Assembly: GCF_009914755.1 (NCBI RefSeq)
Contig: NC_060930.1
Direction: 5' to 3' (one strand)
Source of the DNA: the human T2T-CHM13v2.0 reference genome, Homo sapiens
Length of the DNA: 64,000 bases
Shown here: positions 1 through 16,318 of the stretch, piece after piece
How the letters are laid out: each line of letters opens with the position of its first letter
How positions within the stretch are numbered: position 1 is the stretch's first letter
Made by a program: the position numbers and the translations under genes
Notes under the pieces: model-generated
What the model saw: only the letters and a program-made list of their open reading frames with translations
Databases searched by the model: none
Told to the model about the DNA's origin: nothing

Positions 1-33
1 CCCGGCCTGAAATGAGTTTTTAAAGCTTAGTAT

Positions 34-170
34 GGCTGGGTGCAGTGGGTCACATCTGTAATCCCAGCACTTTGGGAGGCCAAGGCCAGTGAATTGCTTG
101 ACCCCAGAAGTTCAAGACCAGCCTGAGCAACATGGCAAGACCCCATCTCTAAATAATAATAATAATAAAA
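34..170 (+). mobile_element. Alu left monomer / FLAM
   Basis: ggctgggtgcagtgg...tgtaatcccagcactttgggagg...ccccatctct followed by a (AAT)n tail. Confidence 0.85.
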
Positions 171-2072
171 GACCAGTAGACTAAGCAGGGGTTACAGAGG
201 CCTAGAGGAGGAAGAAAGGGCTTTTGCAGAAAAACAGACAGCCAAGGCAAAAGTTCTATGCTTGAAGACACCCTAGCACCTCTGTCTTATAAAATTTCTA
301 TGGAAAAACCTCCATTCTTATGTGACCTGAGTTTTCACATGAATTTTCTTTCTGAAATTGCTTTAATATGCCATACCTAATGTTGAACTCACAACAGCCC
401 TGTTAGACCAAGAATTATCAGGTTTAGGCAAGGTCCCAGCATCTGTAGCTCATTTTTGCCCCACCTCTTTCGCTTCCTCTGCACACACATCATCCACTTG
501 GCCTTCACCTCTAGGTTCAGCCCAGCTGAGCCTTCCTGGGCTGAGAAAGGAGCGATTCAAGGACTCCAGGTTCAAGTTGATGTGGTAACTAGCTTATCCC
601 TGACACGGTGCCTCAGTTCTGATAATAGGTCACTAAGATAAGACTCTCTAAGTTCCCTGAAAACGTAGTAAAAACTCCCTGTCTGGATAACCCTGCCGGT
701 GCTCCCATCACTGTCTAGCACTGGGGTTCTGCCTGGCTTTTTTCCTATCTCCCTGCTGGGAATCAGAGTCCCACCCCTGAATTCCAGCAGAGCCCTGCTG
801 TCTAAAACCAGATTTCCTGATGCCGCACTCTGCTTGCCAGAATTTGGGAACCTCTTCTGCTTCCCACTGTAATGCCCTGGCCCTGTTAGGACAGGAGGTG
901 CCTTTCTGCTTCCCCCTGCTTGCAGCAACCACCCCGCCTCGTGGTCATTGCCATAGTCATGCTCTCAATTCCTGTCAGAACTCTGCTGGGGATCCTGCCC
1001 TTCAGCACTTGCCTCAGTCCTTTGGGAACATCAGATGCAGGGTCCTGCCCCCTTACTAGTCTCCTACAACTAACCAGGCCATAGCCCAGTCGCACCACCA
1101 GGCCCCAGCCTGAAACACAGCAGAGCCACCTCTCCTAAACCTCTGGTCTAGGACTCTTTCACACTCCATCCAAGTAAATAAAACTAGCTCTGCAAACTGG
1201 GATTTGTGAGCTCAGATTCAGATGTCAAAAATAATTCATGATTAGAGAAGGATTTTATTTTCATTGTACTGAAAATAAAGGAGTGTCATTGTACTCAGTG
1301 TATTTCCTTGGCTTCATTGCAGAATGCTATTTTGATCAGCCATCTTCAGCCTGATGAAACTCATACTGTCTACAGAGGGACAGAGACCATGAGCCATAGA
1401 CCGAGGGGCCAAGGGCTATGATGATTAGGTCAGGATATACAAAGAGATCTCACCCACTTCCCCTCCCTGAAGTCAGCCAGGATTTCTGCGGGGACAGGCT
1501 GCAGAGAGCCACGGAGTTTCTCTGCTCAACTCTCAGCAGCATCATGCTCCCAGCCCAGGGCTTTCCCACACCAGGGCACTCAAGGCAGTAGAAAAGTAAA
1601 AAACATCAATTCTTTTCAGTATTGAGCAGCCCCATATAAGGAAACACTTAGCTGAAAAGGAGCCTATATTTGCCCAGCTATCTTAGCAATCACTGTACCT
1701 AGGAGGGCATTTCAGCATGAGTTAGCTCACATGCCATGTCAACAGTAACAACCAGCCGGGCTGGACTTTTTTTTGTCCTGTTTCTGATCTTCGGCACAAT
1801 TTGAAAAGAAGATAAGATGGGTGTCTCCCAACATGTCCCCATTCCCTGCCACTCAACCAGAACAAAACCACTCAGCCATTTCCTTGAAAACTGCACAGGT
1901 TGCAGAAAGGCCAAGCTAGGAAAATGTGCCAGGGAACATTAGTCGTCATACCACCTCACATGATGTCTCGGGATCTGTAACCTAATACAGATCCCTATAA
2001 TCTTAACACTTCATCTTATTTAGCAGTACTCAGTGACACAAACGCATGTACAGATTGCTGAGGAGTCCGTGA

Positions 2073-2467
<395 letters not shown>

Positions 2468-2831
2468 TGGTGCAGATATTTTTAAAAACCCAGAGATCTG
2501 TAGATAAATAAAGTTACAATGTAAAACATACCAAAAAATAAAAATAAGGAGAAGGAGGAGAAGAAAATGGAAGAGGAGGAGAAGAATACAAAATGAGGGA
2601 AGGTAAGGAGGCTTCCCAAATCCCCACACTCAGATTAAGTGTCCACACAAGCACACCACAACAGACACTTATTCCTGTAGGCCCTCCACCTGGTTCCATA
2701 GAGAGAGTTTAATGTTCCTTAAATGACCAGCCCCTACCTCCTCAACTTTGGTAAGCAAATTTACCACCCCTAGATGCCCACACTCCTCCTCTTATCACTT
2801 CCTCATGATTTATTACCTTTTGTTAAGATAG

Positions 2832-4379
2832 TGAGAGGTGACAGCGTGTTGGCAGTCCTCACAGTCCTCACTCGCTCTCGGTGCCTCCTCTGCCTGGGCT
2901 CCCACTTTGGTGGCACTTGAGGAGCCCTTCAGCCCACCGCTGCACTGTGGGAGCCCCTTTCTGGACTGGCCAAGGCCGGAGCCCACTCCCTCAGCTTGCG
3001 GGGAGGTGTGGAGGGAGAGGCGCGAGCAGGAACCGGGGCTGCGTGCGGCGCTTGCGGGCCAGCTGGAGTTCCGGGTGGGCGTGGGCTTGGCGGGCCCCGC
3101 ACTCGGAGCAGCCGACCGGCCCTGCTGGCCCCGGGCAATGAGGAACTTAGCACCCAGGCCAGCGGCTGCGGAGGGTGTACTGGGTCCCCCAGCAGTGCCA
3201 GCCCGCCGGCGCTGCGCTCGATTTCTCGCCGGGCCTTAGCTGCCTTCCCGCGGGGCGGGCCTCGGGACTGCAGCCCGCCATGCCTGAGCCTTCCCCCGCC
3301 TCCGTGGGTTCCTGTGCAGCCCGAGCCTCCCCGACGAGCGCCGCCCCCTGCTCCACGGCGCCCAGTCCCATCGACCGCCCAAGGGCTGAGGAGTGCGAGC
3401 GCATGGCTCAGGACTGGCAGGCAGCTCCACCTGCAGCCCTGGTGCGGGATCCACTGGGTGAAGCCAGCTGGGCTCCTGAGTCTGGTGGGGACGTGGAGAA
3501 CCTTTATGTCTAGCTCAGGGATTGTAAACACGCCAATCAGCACCCTGTGTCTAGCTCAGGGTTTGTGAGTGCACCAATCCACACTCTGTATCTAGCTGCT
3601 CTGGTGGGGCCTTAGAGAACCTTTATGTCAAGCTCAGGGATTGTAAATACACCAATCAGCACTCTGTATCTAGCTCAAGGTTTGTAAACACGCCAATCAG
3701 CACCCTGTGTCTAGCTCAGGGTTTGTGAGTGCACCGATCGACACTCTGTATCTAGCTGCTCTGGTGGGGCCTTGGAGAACCTGTGTGTCCATACTCTGTA
3801 TCTAACTAATCTGATGGGGACGTGGAGAACCTTTGTATCTAGCTCAGGGATTGTAAATGCACCAATCAGCGCCCTGTCAAAACAGGCCACTGGGCTCTAC
3901 CAATCAGCAGGATGTGGGTGGGGCCAGACAAGAGAATAAAAGCAGGCTGCCCGAGCCAGCATGGGCAACCCACTCGAGTCTCCTTCCACGGTGTGGAACC
4001 TTTGTTCTTTTGCTGTTTGCAGTGAGTCTTGCTACTGCTCACTCTTTGGGTCCATGCTGCTTTTATGAGCTGTAACACTCACCACGAAGGTCTGCAGCTT
4101 CACTCATGAGCCAGCAAGACCACGAGCCCACAGGGAGGACCGAACAACTCCAGACGCGCCTCCTTAAGAGCTGTTAACACTCACCGCCAAGGTCTGCAGC
4201 TTCACTCCTGAGCCAGCGAGACCACGAACCCACCAGAAGGAAGAAACTCTGAACACATCTGAACATCAGAAGGGACAAACTCCAGAGGCGCCACCTTAAG
4301 AGCTGTAACACTCACCGCGAGGGTCTGCGGCTTCATTCTTGAAGTCAGTGAGACCGAGAACCCACCAATTCCGGACACA
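2832..4379 (+). mobile_element. LTR12 (LTR12C-like, ERV9) solo LTR
   Basis: Starts tgagaggtgacagcgtg, ends ccggacaca; 4-bp TSD ATAG (2828-2831 and 4380-4383); tandem CCAAT repeats 3500-3905; aataaa 3935-3940. Confidence 0.95.
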
Positions 4380-4450
4380 ATAGTATAAAGCCCCCCAAAT
4401 TTAACCATTTCTTTGGATCTTCTTTTCTATGAAAACCTTTGTGCATGTAA

Positions 4451-4841
<391 letters not shown>

Positions 4842-4985
4842 TAGAGGAAAGCTTTTTTCCCTCCCTTCCAAGGTATATGTCTATTCTATCCATTAAAGGA
4901 AACAGAAAGAAAAAGCTATTCAGAAGTTATAAGAAGAGCAAACTGAAATGTGATATGACTTGAATAAATAGAAGGGTAAAAGTAA

Positions 4986-5388
<403 letters not shown>

Positions 5389-5705
5389 GTATATTATCTT
5401 AATATTAGGAATGTCTCTTATTGGTTTTTAGCCTTTTTTATTTAAAGTCAAGCTATACACAAAGTACAGAAAGCCAACTTAAAATTACAGAACAGAGTGC
5501 AGAAGTTACTAGCCTAGATAATGAAATTAATCAGCGGGCCAGTTGAGAGGGGAAAGGATGGAGGCCTGGGATGGTGGTCACCATCTACTTTCCTCATCTT
5601 ACAGAACAGGGAGAAGGTAGATAATGTCAAAACTCGATAAATCAACAGATTAAAATTTATACATATTAAAGTTATCCATGCAACCATTAAATATCTTAAT
5701 ATATG

Positions 5706-6427
5706 TTTATAAATATATATTTTATATTTATATATATTTTTATATATAAATATATATTTTATATTTATATATATTTTTATATATAAATATATATTTTATA
5801 TTTATATATATTTTTATATATAAATATATATTTTATATTTATATATATTTTTATATATAAATATATATTTTATATTTATATATATTTTTATATATAAATA
5901 TATATTTTATATTTATATATATTTTTATATATAAATATATATTTTATATTTATATATATTTTTATATATAAATATATATTTTATATTTATATATATTTTT
6001 ATATATAAATATATATTTTATATTTATATATATTTTTATATATAAATATATATTTTATATTTATATATATTTTTATATATAAATATATTTTATATTTATA
6101 TATATTTTTATATATAAATATATATTTTATATTTATATATATTTTTATATATAAATATATATTTTATATTTATATATATTTTTATATATAAATATATATT
6201 TTATATTTATATATATTTTTATATATAAATATATATTTTATATTTATATATATTTTTATATATAAATATATATTTTATATTTATATATATTTTTATATAT
6301 AAATATATATTTTATATATATATATTTTTATATATAAATATATATTTTATATTTATATATATTTTATATATAAAAATATATATATTTTTATATAATATAA
6401 AATATTTTTTATTATAATAATAATAAA
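5706..6427. repeat. AT-only minisatellite, 37-bp unit, about 17-18 copies
   Basis: Unit tatatttatatata-tttt-tatatataaatata-tattt; no G or C over 722 bp. Confidence 0.95.
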
Positions 6428-6651
6428 CACCTTCCCCAGAGACAACCTGGAAAGCCTGCTCCAGGTGAGGTCAAAGGAGGACAATGTCCTCTCGTGCCCG
6501 AAGTGCTGCCGGCTGCTCAGCAGGAAGACCTGGAGAGGCAGACCCCCTGGGAACCAACTTCCCACTGCGCTACTCTTTCCCTTCTGCCTGGCACAGGGAG
6601 TGCCGGGGGCTGGTCTAGGATGATTCACCTGCCTTCAGGCCATCCATGTTA

Positions 6652-7053
<402 letters not shown>

Positions 7054-10000
7054 TTATCTTCTGGGAATTTCCAGCGTCCTTTGCTTGGGGGTGCCTGCAG
7101 CTGACTATGACTCCATTAATATAGGGTGGATTCACCCCTGAGATGTCCCAGGGCCAAGCCTCTCACTTCAGGCTTTGTTCATGAGGGTTTCAGTTTGTAG
7201 TGTGGGGAAGATATTTTGTTCCTGGGTATCTACAGCAAGCCTTCTGAAATGTGTGTAACAGTCCAGAACAGTCACTGTCAGTCTCTGCTGCCAAGCTTGT
7301 CGGTGCCTCGTGTCAGCGCTGACTCACCCAAAGGCCGGTGCAAATCATCATCATCACGACTCTGAGGCTTCTGCCAAACAAATCATAGGCTGCTTGCTCT
7401 TCGGGGAAGAATCGTAATTCTGATTGCAGCTGGCCATTCATCAGGTGCTGGGAATCTGCCTAATCTTGTCTGTTGGCCTAGGATATGCCAGCTCCACGCA
7501 TCTGATGATGACTTTCCCATCCCACACCTCGTCGCAGCCCTCCTCCACATTCCTCAGTCCAGTCTTACCCTTGGAGCGATCAGAACATTCCAACCTCATC
7601 TCATAATGGCAGTTCATTCCAGTGTGACTCAACAATTTCCAACAAAGCCTTGAAAAATACTCCCGGAATATTAGGGATTCATGGAGTCACTGAATCATAA
7701 CAAGGTTAATTGCCAGGGTTGTTGAAATCACCCTGTGTAGCTCTCTCCCCACTGCCAGATGGACAACTGAGGCATGGAGAAGCTTATTGGCTTGCCAAGG
7801 ATCTTACAGCAAACAACTCCTAAACAGAACTAGAATGCAGAATATACAGAACCTATAGAAATATACAAGCATCAAAGAAGTAGAGGTATTCTGAGGATAA
7901 TGACAACTAATTGCAAATTCTGATTAAGTATTTTGGAGCTCCTGCCTACATATAATAAGCAGCTGGCCTCTATGTGTTCTTAATTACAGCTGTTGGAATT
8001 GGAGTTATATGTGAAACAAGTACTCTATTTTAATATTTCAAGCTCAGACATAGTGAATGGCGGGAGAGGGTGGAAACCCCTTCCCTGGGGGACTGAAGGT
8101 AGAGTGGGGCCATCTGGGGTGGTTGGGCTGCTGTGTGGGGAGCAGCCTCTGACTCTGTGCAATTTATGTGACAGCCCCAGAGCTTCGGGCTCTGTGACTA
8201 CACGTGCCAATTGCCTGCAGGAGCAGGTCCCTGCACAGAGCATAAAATGCTCTCCTGAAGCATCTTTTTAAAGTGCCCACATACCAGGTCCCAAGGACTG
8301 CCGCTGGGAAGTAAGCAGCAGGCGCTCATGAATTTCTAATAGAGGAAAAATGATTTTCATGCAACATCCTTGAGAAATCAAAGCATGTGAGAATCATCAA
8401 GATAGGTAAAAATTTGAATATCAGCATATTTATCTCTTCAGGGGATTTTTGAACAATTTCTCTGATGTTTCAAGTTCAGCAAAATACATACTTCTGAGGT
8501 CCTCTTTGCATTGATTTTAGGTATCTTAGGGGAAATGTATTCTCCCACTAATAATCTACCAGAAAGCAGCTCTGAGCGTTTCTTTCTAGTAACTCCTGGG
8601 GTCCTGAGACTTGGGACTTGGACTCAGCAGTCTGCATTCAGGTCGAGTTCAGTCATTGGGATGGAAGTGATACAGTCCCCCTTGGGAGCGATACCAAAGT
8701 GCTTACCGAGCACTTGCTTCAAGCTGAGATGACTGAACTCTCCTCCCCTCTCCTGCCCCTTCCTCTGATATCCTAAATAAAGGGAGAGAGTTCACAGCTC
8801 CTGGACAGTATTCGCAGAACATGTACTGCACCCTTTCCTCAGGATGTATTTAGTGAATCCTAATCTTGAGAAAGACTGACTCCCTGAACTTTAAGGTTAG
8901 AAATAATTAGACAAGAAAATCCCTTCTCTGGATTTCTTGTAACTGTCAAAAATGATGAGTAGTGGAAAAATGGCTTCAGGTCATACTTCTCGCTCTCCCT
9001 GAACCTTTGCACTGTATTGTGTATAAAAAGAATATAATGTCCCTGTGTCATGATAGGGTGAATGTTGCTATTTCTGCCTTTTGACTGTTCATTATCATTT
9101 GCTATCATAAGCCAAGGGCCTGATAGATAGCTGCAGAAACCTAAATAAATGCAATAATTACTCAGGACTGTTCAACCCACTCATCCTCTCATTCACCTCT
9201 CCTGTACTACAGAAAATACCTCCTTTTGTCTTGGCAAACACAATTTGGAAAAATGGTTTAAGCCCTGGCAGCAATAGATAGCTAATTATATTCTATTTTG
9301 ATTGCCTTAGAGGTTAGCCAGCCAGAAAGCAACATTTCATTTCCATGTTCTGAAGAATTTTAAGGCATCCCAGTTCCATTTTTTCTTTTTCTTTTCTTTA
9401 TTATTTATGTAGTTCTAAATATACATAAGCATTATCTCTCTGCTTCACATGCAGTGCTCTGAAAATGCATTCCAACACTCTTCCATTCTCCATAGAGTGC
9501 AAACTCCTTGAAGGTAGAGATTATTTTTCATATTAGATGTATGCCAGGACTTATTTTATCCCTATAGATTCAAGATCAATGCCATGATCTTGCAATGACA
9601 GCATAGAGACTCCACAAAAATCTGCTGCACTGAATGTAATAAAAATCAAAATCACTACAGTAATTGTCCCATGTCTGGAGAAATGACACATTTGTTTACA
9701 ATAAGGCAGAAACCAAATTATAATTATTTTAGATTTTATTGATTTCTGAGTAGCAACCACACATCCCATAAGTGAGAATATGGAAGCCATGTACCCTGGC
9801 TCATCAGACAGTGTAAAATCTGCTAATAGGTGCCTATTGCTTGGCAAGGATTGTGGCCCAACCAGTGGGGAATGGAGCCACAGCCCTCTGACCACCACCC
9901 AGACAGGTGTGGCCTGGCCCAGCCCACTGTTCAAGTGAATTGTATTTAGAGAGTTCATTACACGTAACCCCTTGAATAGCCTCTCCAGGGCTCTACTCTC

Positions 10001-10519
10001 CATCATGTGATTGAGAGACTGTGGTTATAACTCATAGGGTGAATCACAGCATTTCTATAATGTTCTCCAAAGTATGTGCTTGGGCTTCAAAAGAGAAAAC
10101 AATACTTTGTAGTTGAAAACTTAGGAGGGAGAGTAGGTACTAATAAATCAATCTAACAAGAAAAAAGTCAACTTGGGAGTATGGAGTAATATTTTGTAGG
10201 AATTTTAAATCAGGAATTTACTGACTCAAGTGTTTTGGATTAAACTTATTAAAGCAATGAATTCTTCTCTTATAAAATGAAGCCTTCTAGTAGGATGATC
10301 AGACCATTTAATGAGGAGAGAACACCCTGGGGCCAGTACTTAATCATGTCATCCACAACCTCTAATTTTTGCTCCTAAAAACTCTGAAGCCATCTTTTTC
10401 TCCTTTTTAAAAAAAAATTATTTCTGTGCTAGTTCTAGAATCATGGCAAATGTAAAGTTTTGAATTTGATCCATGCTTGACAAACACAAAGTAGATGAAC
10501 ACGTTTTTTATCTTATTTA

Positions 10520-11065
10520 TGTAGAAGAGGAAAATTTTCCTCTACCCTCTTCAGTTGGGCCTTGTGAATTAAACTGGCAAAAGTCAAATTGACAGGCGAA
10601 AAAGGCATACGAATTTTATTTTAAATTTTATGTGCATGGGAGCTCCATAGAAAAGAAGTAAAAACCCAAATAAGTGGCTAGTCTTGGGGCCATAAGTGCC
10701 ATTTTAACCAAAGGTGAAAGATTGTTGAGAAATGACTAACAAAGAAGAGGGAGTTTGGGTTTTTAGGGCCAGTAAATTGTAGAAAGGTAAAAATCTGGGG
10801 GAAAATCCAATGAAGGTAAAAGTTATTTAGTGAGATTTGTTTATGCAGACATCTCGGCACCATCTCCATCTCCAGAAATAAAGGTTACTCTTTCTCTCCT
10901 GGTACAAGAGAGAAAACTATCATAAGGGAATGTTATGCCCTCCTTTTAGGCAAACAGGGGGAAAATAGCTTTTCCTGTGTCTGCTTTTTCTCAATTACCC
11001 TCAGCTCAAAACAATCAATGTATCGAAGTAGCATATATTGGGATGGGATATTCTGTTCCCCTTTA
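10520..11065 (-). mobile_element. ERV1 MER4/MER34-group solo LTR
   Basis: Reverse-oriented LTR-like sequence (ttttcctctaccctc...cagctcaaaacaatc...tattctgttcccctt). Confidence 0.6.
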
Positions 11066-11559
11066 GCTTTTTTACATATCTAAGATCTTCCAGATTATTA
11101 AACCTTATTTTTAAATCCATGTTCTTTTTAAAGATGTTCTTCAATCACCACGTCCTGTCTTCCCTGTCCTAACTTGAGCCAACAGCTTTCTAGGCCTCTT
11201 TTTAAATATCTAACAACTTAAAATTAATTTTCATTTCATTTTTCAGGCAGTTCTTCTATTTATTTGAATTCTTGTTTCTTTTTGCTGCATTACATCCCCA
11301 AGTCATACCAGAAAGGATGAAACCTTCGAGATAGGGAGAAACTTTTCGAGTCATTAAATATCTTATTGTGCCTTCATTCGTGAATAAGAGTTTGGCTGCC
11401 TATAAATTTAGGTTCAAAATAATTTTCCTTGAGAACTTTGAAGTTTTGCTCCTCTGTCTTTTAGCATCAATGTTACTAATGAAAATAGTGATGATAATCT
11501 TATATGCTTTTTTGTGGTAGGTATCCTGTTGATTCACTCTGTAAGCTTTACACTAGGAA

Positions 11560-11700
11560 TTTTTATTTTTATTTTTGATATTTTGAGACAGGGTCTCACT
11601 ACATTGGCCAGGCTGGTCTCGAACTTCTTGCCGCAAGATATCCTCCTGCCTTGGCCTCCCAAAGTGCTGGGATTACAGGTGTGAGCCACTGCACCCAGCC
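11560..11700 (-). mobile_element. FLAM/Alu monomer
   Basis: TSD tacactaggaattt on both sides. Confidence 0.85.
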
Positions 11701-11824
11701 TACACTAGGAATTTCAAATTTTCAACAGAGTATTTCTTGAAACATGGTATTTTCCATCTAAAAAGAGTGTCTTTGGTTCAGAGAAATTTTCTTTTTCTAT
11801 TTATTTGATTTTTTCCCCCTTTTT

Positions 11825-12315
11825 GTCTTTTTTTTTTTTTTTCAATACATTTGGGGGAACAGGTGGTGTTTGGTTACATGGATACGTTCTTTAGTGGTGA
11901 TTTGTGAGATTTTGGGGCGCCCATCACCCGAGCAGTGGACACTGTACCCAACGTCTTTCATCCCTATGCCCCGCCCACCCTGCCCGCCAGGGAACTCAGA
12001 GTCCGTTATATCATTCTTCTGCCTTTGTGTCCTCATAGCATAGCTTAGCTCCCACTTGTAAGTGAGAACATAATGATGTTTGGTTTTCCATTCCTGAGTT
12101 ACTTCACTTAGAATAATGGTCTCCAACTCCATCCAGGTTGCTGCAAATGCTGTTATTTCATTCCTTTTTATGGCTGAGTAGTATTCCATGGTATATGTAT
12201 ATATACACATATATAATATATATACATACACACACATACATATATACACACATACATACATTTTCTTTATCCGCTTGTTGGTTAATGGACATTTAGGCTG
12301 ATTCCATATTTTTGT
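11825..12315 (-). mobile_element. L1 3' end (L1PB-like), 5'-truncated
   Basis: ORF2 C-terminal remnant MEYYSAIKRNEI..ATWMELETIILSE, L1 3' UTR and T tail. Confidence 0.88.
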
Positions 12316-12749
12316 CTTTGTTTTTACATTTTGAATTAGTTACATATTAATAGCTCTCTGGATCTATCCTGCATCTCACCAACTCTCTTATATTTTTCCT
12401 TTTCTGTCATTCTCTACATCCTGAGCTATTTTCTCAACTTTATCTTCCAGACTACTAATTTGTTTTCAGCCATATCAATGACTCAATTCTATAAATTTTA
12501 AAAATTTAATTGGAGAATCAGTGTTTAATTTCTCAAGACCTCTTTTATGTTGTTTGCTTGCTCCTTTTTCATAGAAGCCTGTTCTTATTTATAAATGCGC
12601 TATCCCCTCACATCTTTCTGAGGGGACTCATTCAACTTTTTAGTGTCTCCGCTCCTTCTTTTATCTGTTTCTACCACAGTAAGTTGCTCTTTCACACATC
12701 TTGATATTTTTCTTTTACCGAAAATTTAATAATCCTTGGTTGCTTGGTA

Positions 12750-13302
<553 letters not shown>

Positions 13303-13731
13303 GGACAAAAAAAAAATGATATGTTGATTGGCATGGGTAATTGACAAAGTTATTTTTTGCAATTTGGAAAAACAGTTTACCCATAAGACCCATTGCTGAA
13401 TGGGGGACTAAATCCCCATTTTCTGAAGAAAAGAAGCTTCTTTTTAAGACGTGTGGAGAGTTCATCTTGCACCCTCATTAACTACCAGGGAGGAGGACTT
13501 TGCCTTGGGTGGTGAAATTTGGCAGTGCATCTCACTCCAAGATGGGGCTGCCTTTCCCTTCCTCCTCCCCAGCATTGCACGGAAGGTCCTGAGCTATCTC
13601 AGGCTTTGTGCCTGGAGCTCCATTAGAGGCATTCCTGGGAAGTTCTTCTACTCTAGTGTCTCCAGCAGGGAGCAAATGTAGCCAGCTTCTCCTGAAACCT
13701 AGGAAGAGGAGAGGAGGCACCTGTCTTCTAA

Positions 13732-13860
13732 TCAGTGTCTTCTAATTCTTCGACACTCCAAGTGCAATCTCAGGTCCCACCGCAGAACTACTGAATCCAA
13801 ATCTGTATTTTAACAGAGTCCCTGGTGTTTCAGGAGCACTTCCGAGTCTAAGAAGCACTA
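13732..13860. mobile_element. MER5A-like hAT DNA transposon remnant
   Basis: cccacc..agaactactgaatc..atctgtattttaaca..tccctggtg..agaagcact. Confidence 0.6.
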
Positions 13861-15671
13861 CTCTTCAGCTGCTGTCCATCCTTGAGCCTCAAGCTTGGGA
13901 CCTCTGGGCTCTGCCAGGAGGTGTCTCTCCCATCTTTTCTCAGCTTCTCCTCTCAGCCTGTTCCTGGCTGTCCCTTCAATATGATCCACTTTCCTTTTTT
14001 GGTATATAAATAATTCTGCCTTATGAAATAATATAGTGAACACTTATGTGCCCATCAACTGGCTTAAAAAATAAAGCCCTTGTGGACACCCTCACCCCAA
14101 TTCTCTCTATTGTTAGTTCTGAGCACAGTATGGCAGGGGTGTGGAAGCCCCAAGCCAGGATACACCAGTCCTATGGGACTCTGCTGCAGTGTAGGCACAG
14201 AATGGAGTGGTGCCTCAGCTGCTGTGGGGACCTGAGACTGCATGGATGGCCTGGGAGGAGTTCAGTCTCGGATCCATACTCACTCACTTGAAGCGGGTGG
14301 AACAAAACTAGGAAAGTTCTAGCTCCACTGCTAAGATTCAGACAATGTTATAACAACTGAGAGATGGAATAGTGTTGGCTGGAGGAAAAGCATTTGTTCA
14401 AATGGGCATTAATGAGGCTGCCTTATGAGCCCAGGAGGAGTTTTAGAGATCCAAAAGACCCAGAAGTAGGGAAATGGCATCCAGGATGTCTGTCAGCTGG
14501 AAGCAGGCCCCTCCGCAGGCAGGACCCAGGGCCGAGACAGGAACAAACAAGAGCAGGGCTGACTCTGAGCCCTGGAGAGAACAGTCTCCTGGGCAAAGAC
14601 AAGCTGGTGGAAGGTGGCTGTCCAGGCACCGGGAGCAAGGAGTCAGTTGCTAGAATTTGGAATCAAGATATGGCTTGGGTCTCAGGAATAAGGATGGCTT
14701 CAGCCAGCCCATTTACGAGAGTGAAGATGCAAATTCCTAGAGACTGGAGTTGCTGAAATTCCTCCTGCTGATGTTCAAATTGGTTCTTCACTAAAGTGAT
14801 TAAAGTCAAGGGGACTCAGCTGAGGAACAGAAGAGGCGAGGAAAGGAGAAAGGAAGGTAGAATCTAGAGCCAGGTATAATCCAACAACATCACTTGATCT
14901 GAAAGGGGCTGGCTTTTATTTCTCAGCAGTTGCAAGCAAGCCAATATATCTGAAATCCTAAGCAAAATTGTAAAGCTTGGTCTTCCCCTCTCATCACCCT
15001 CAACCACACACACACAAACCATGGAACAAATACCCCAGAGCACCAGGAAGACTTTGTTCCCTTCCCAGAACTTGCTTTGAGCACCTTCTGTATGCCAGGC
15101 ACTATGCTATGAATTGAGACTCTTCAGAGTGCAGTACCAGCAGCCTCGGCTTTGGACACTCCTGTCCAGTTATGGAGACAGACATGCAAACAGATCACTC
15201 CCATCAGTGTAGGAAGGCCCGTGCTGGAGGTGTTCCTGAGTTGCTCGGCCACTGAGGAAGGGCCTTGAAGTGGAGGTGGGTAGGAGAGAGGATGGAGGAG
15301 GCAAAACAAGAAGGAGACTTGGAGGGGAGACGAAACACCATGTGTGCCAGGAACCACAGGTACTTCACTGCTTCCTGAGCACCAGCTAAGGCAAGTGGAA
15401 GGGGGTGAGAGATCATGGGTTTTGGAGCCTGAAAGTCCTGGGTTCAAACCCTGCCTCTACCCATATCATGTGTGTGACCTCGGGTATGTTGCTCGAGCTC
15501 TGTAAACCTCAGTTTTCTCCTGTGATCATTTGGGGATCCAAAAAAAAAAAAAAAAGCATTTGAAATCTTTATTACTTAGTAAAACGTCCATATTCCTAAG
15601 AGGATGGGGATAAGGAGGAATGCATTCAAAAATAAGATACATGCCATACTGGTTACTAAAATTGCTTAACA

Positions 15672-15677
15672 TTTATT
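15672..15677 (-). terminator. Polyadenylation signal of ALDH8A1
   Basis: tttatt on + = AATAAA on -, about 1 kb downstream of the stop codon. Confidence 0.7.
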
Positions 15678-15977
15678 GCTTCTTTTGGGGTTAGCAAGTT
15701 GTAAGCCTCATTAGATGCATACACTAAGAAATGGAATTGATTAGACTCGACCGTAGGAATGGATCAAACTATGTACTCTTCTTGTTCCAAGTTTCCTCCA
15801 AAAGTAGTAGTTATTTTGTTTTTCTTCATCCTTGTACAGATACATTTAGTAGAGCTTACCACATAGCCTTCCCCTAACAAATTCCAAAGACGTCCACAGC
15901 CCCCTTATGTAATGAGGTCCAATCAATGATCAATTAGCCATGCTAGTGGCTAATAGACAAGGAGATTATCTCCATAA

Positions 15978-16318
<341 letters not shown>

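Noticed and set aside
2838-3568. Overlapping 112-204 aa ORFs on both strands
   Set aside because: They lie in the GC-rich U3 of LTR12, where stop codons are scarce; no recognisable protein.
5706-6427. Regular repeat array resembling CRISPR periodicity
   Set aside because: No unique spacers and no cas genes; a eukaryotic minisatellite.
9551-10006. 151-aa minus-strand ORF
   Set aside because: No recognisable domain or exon structure; length compatible with chance.
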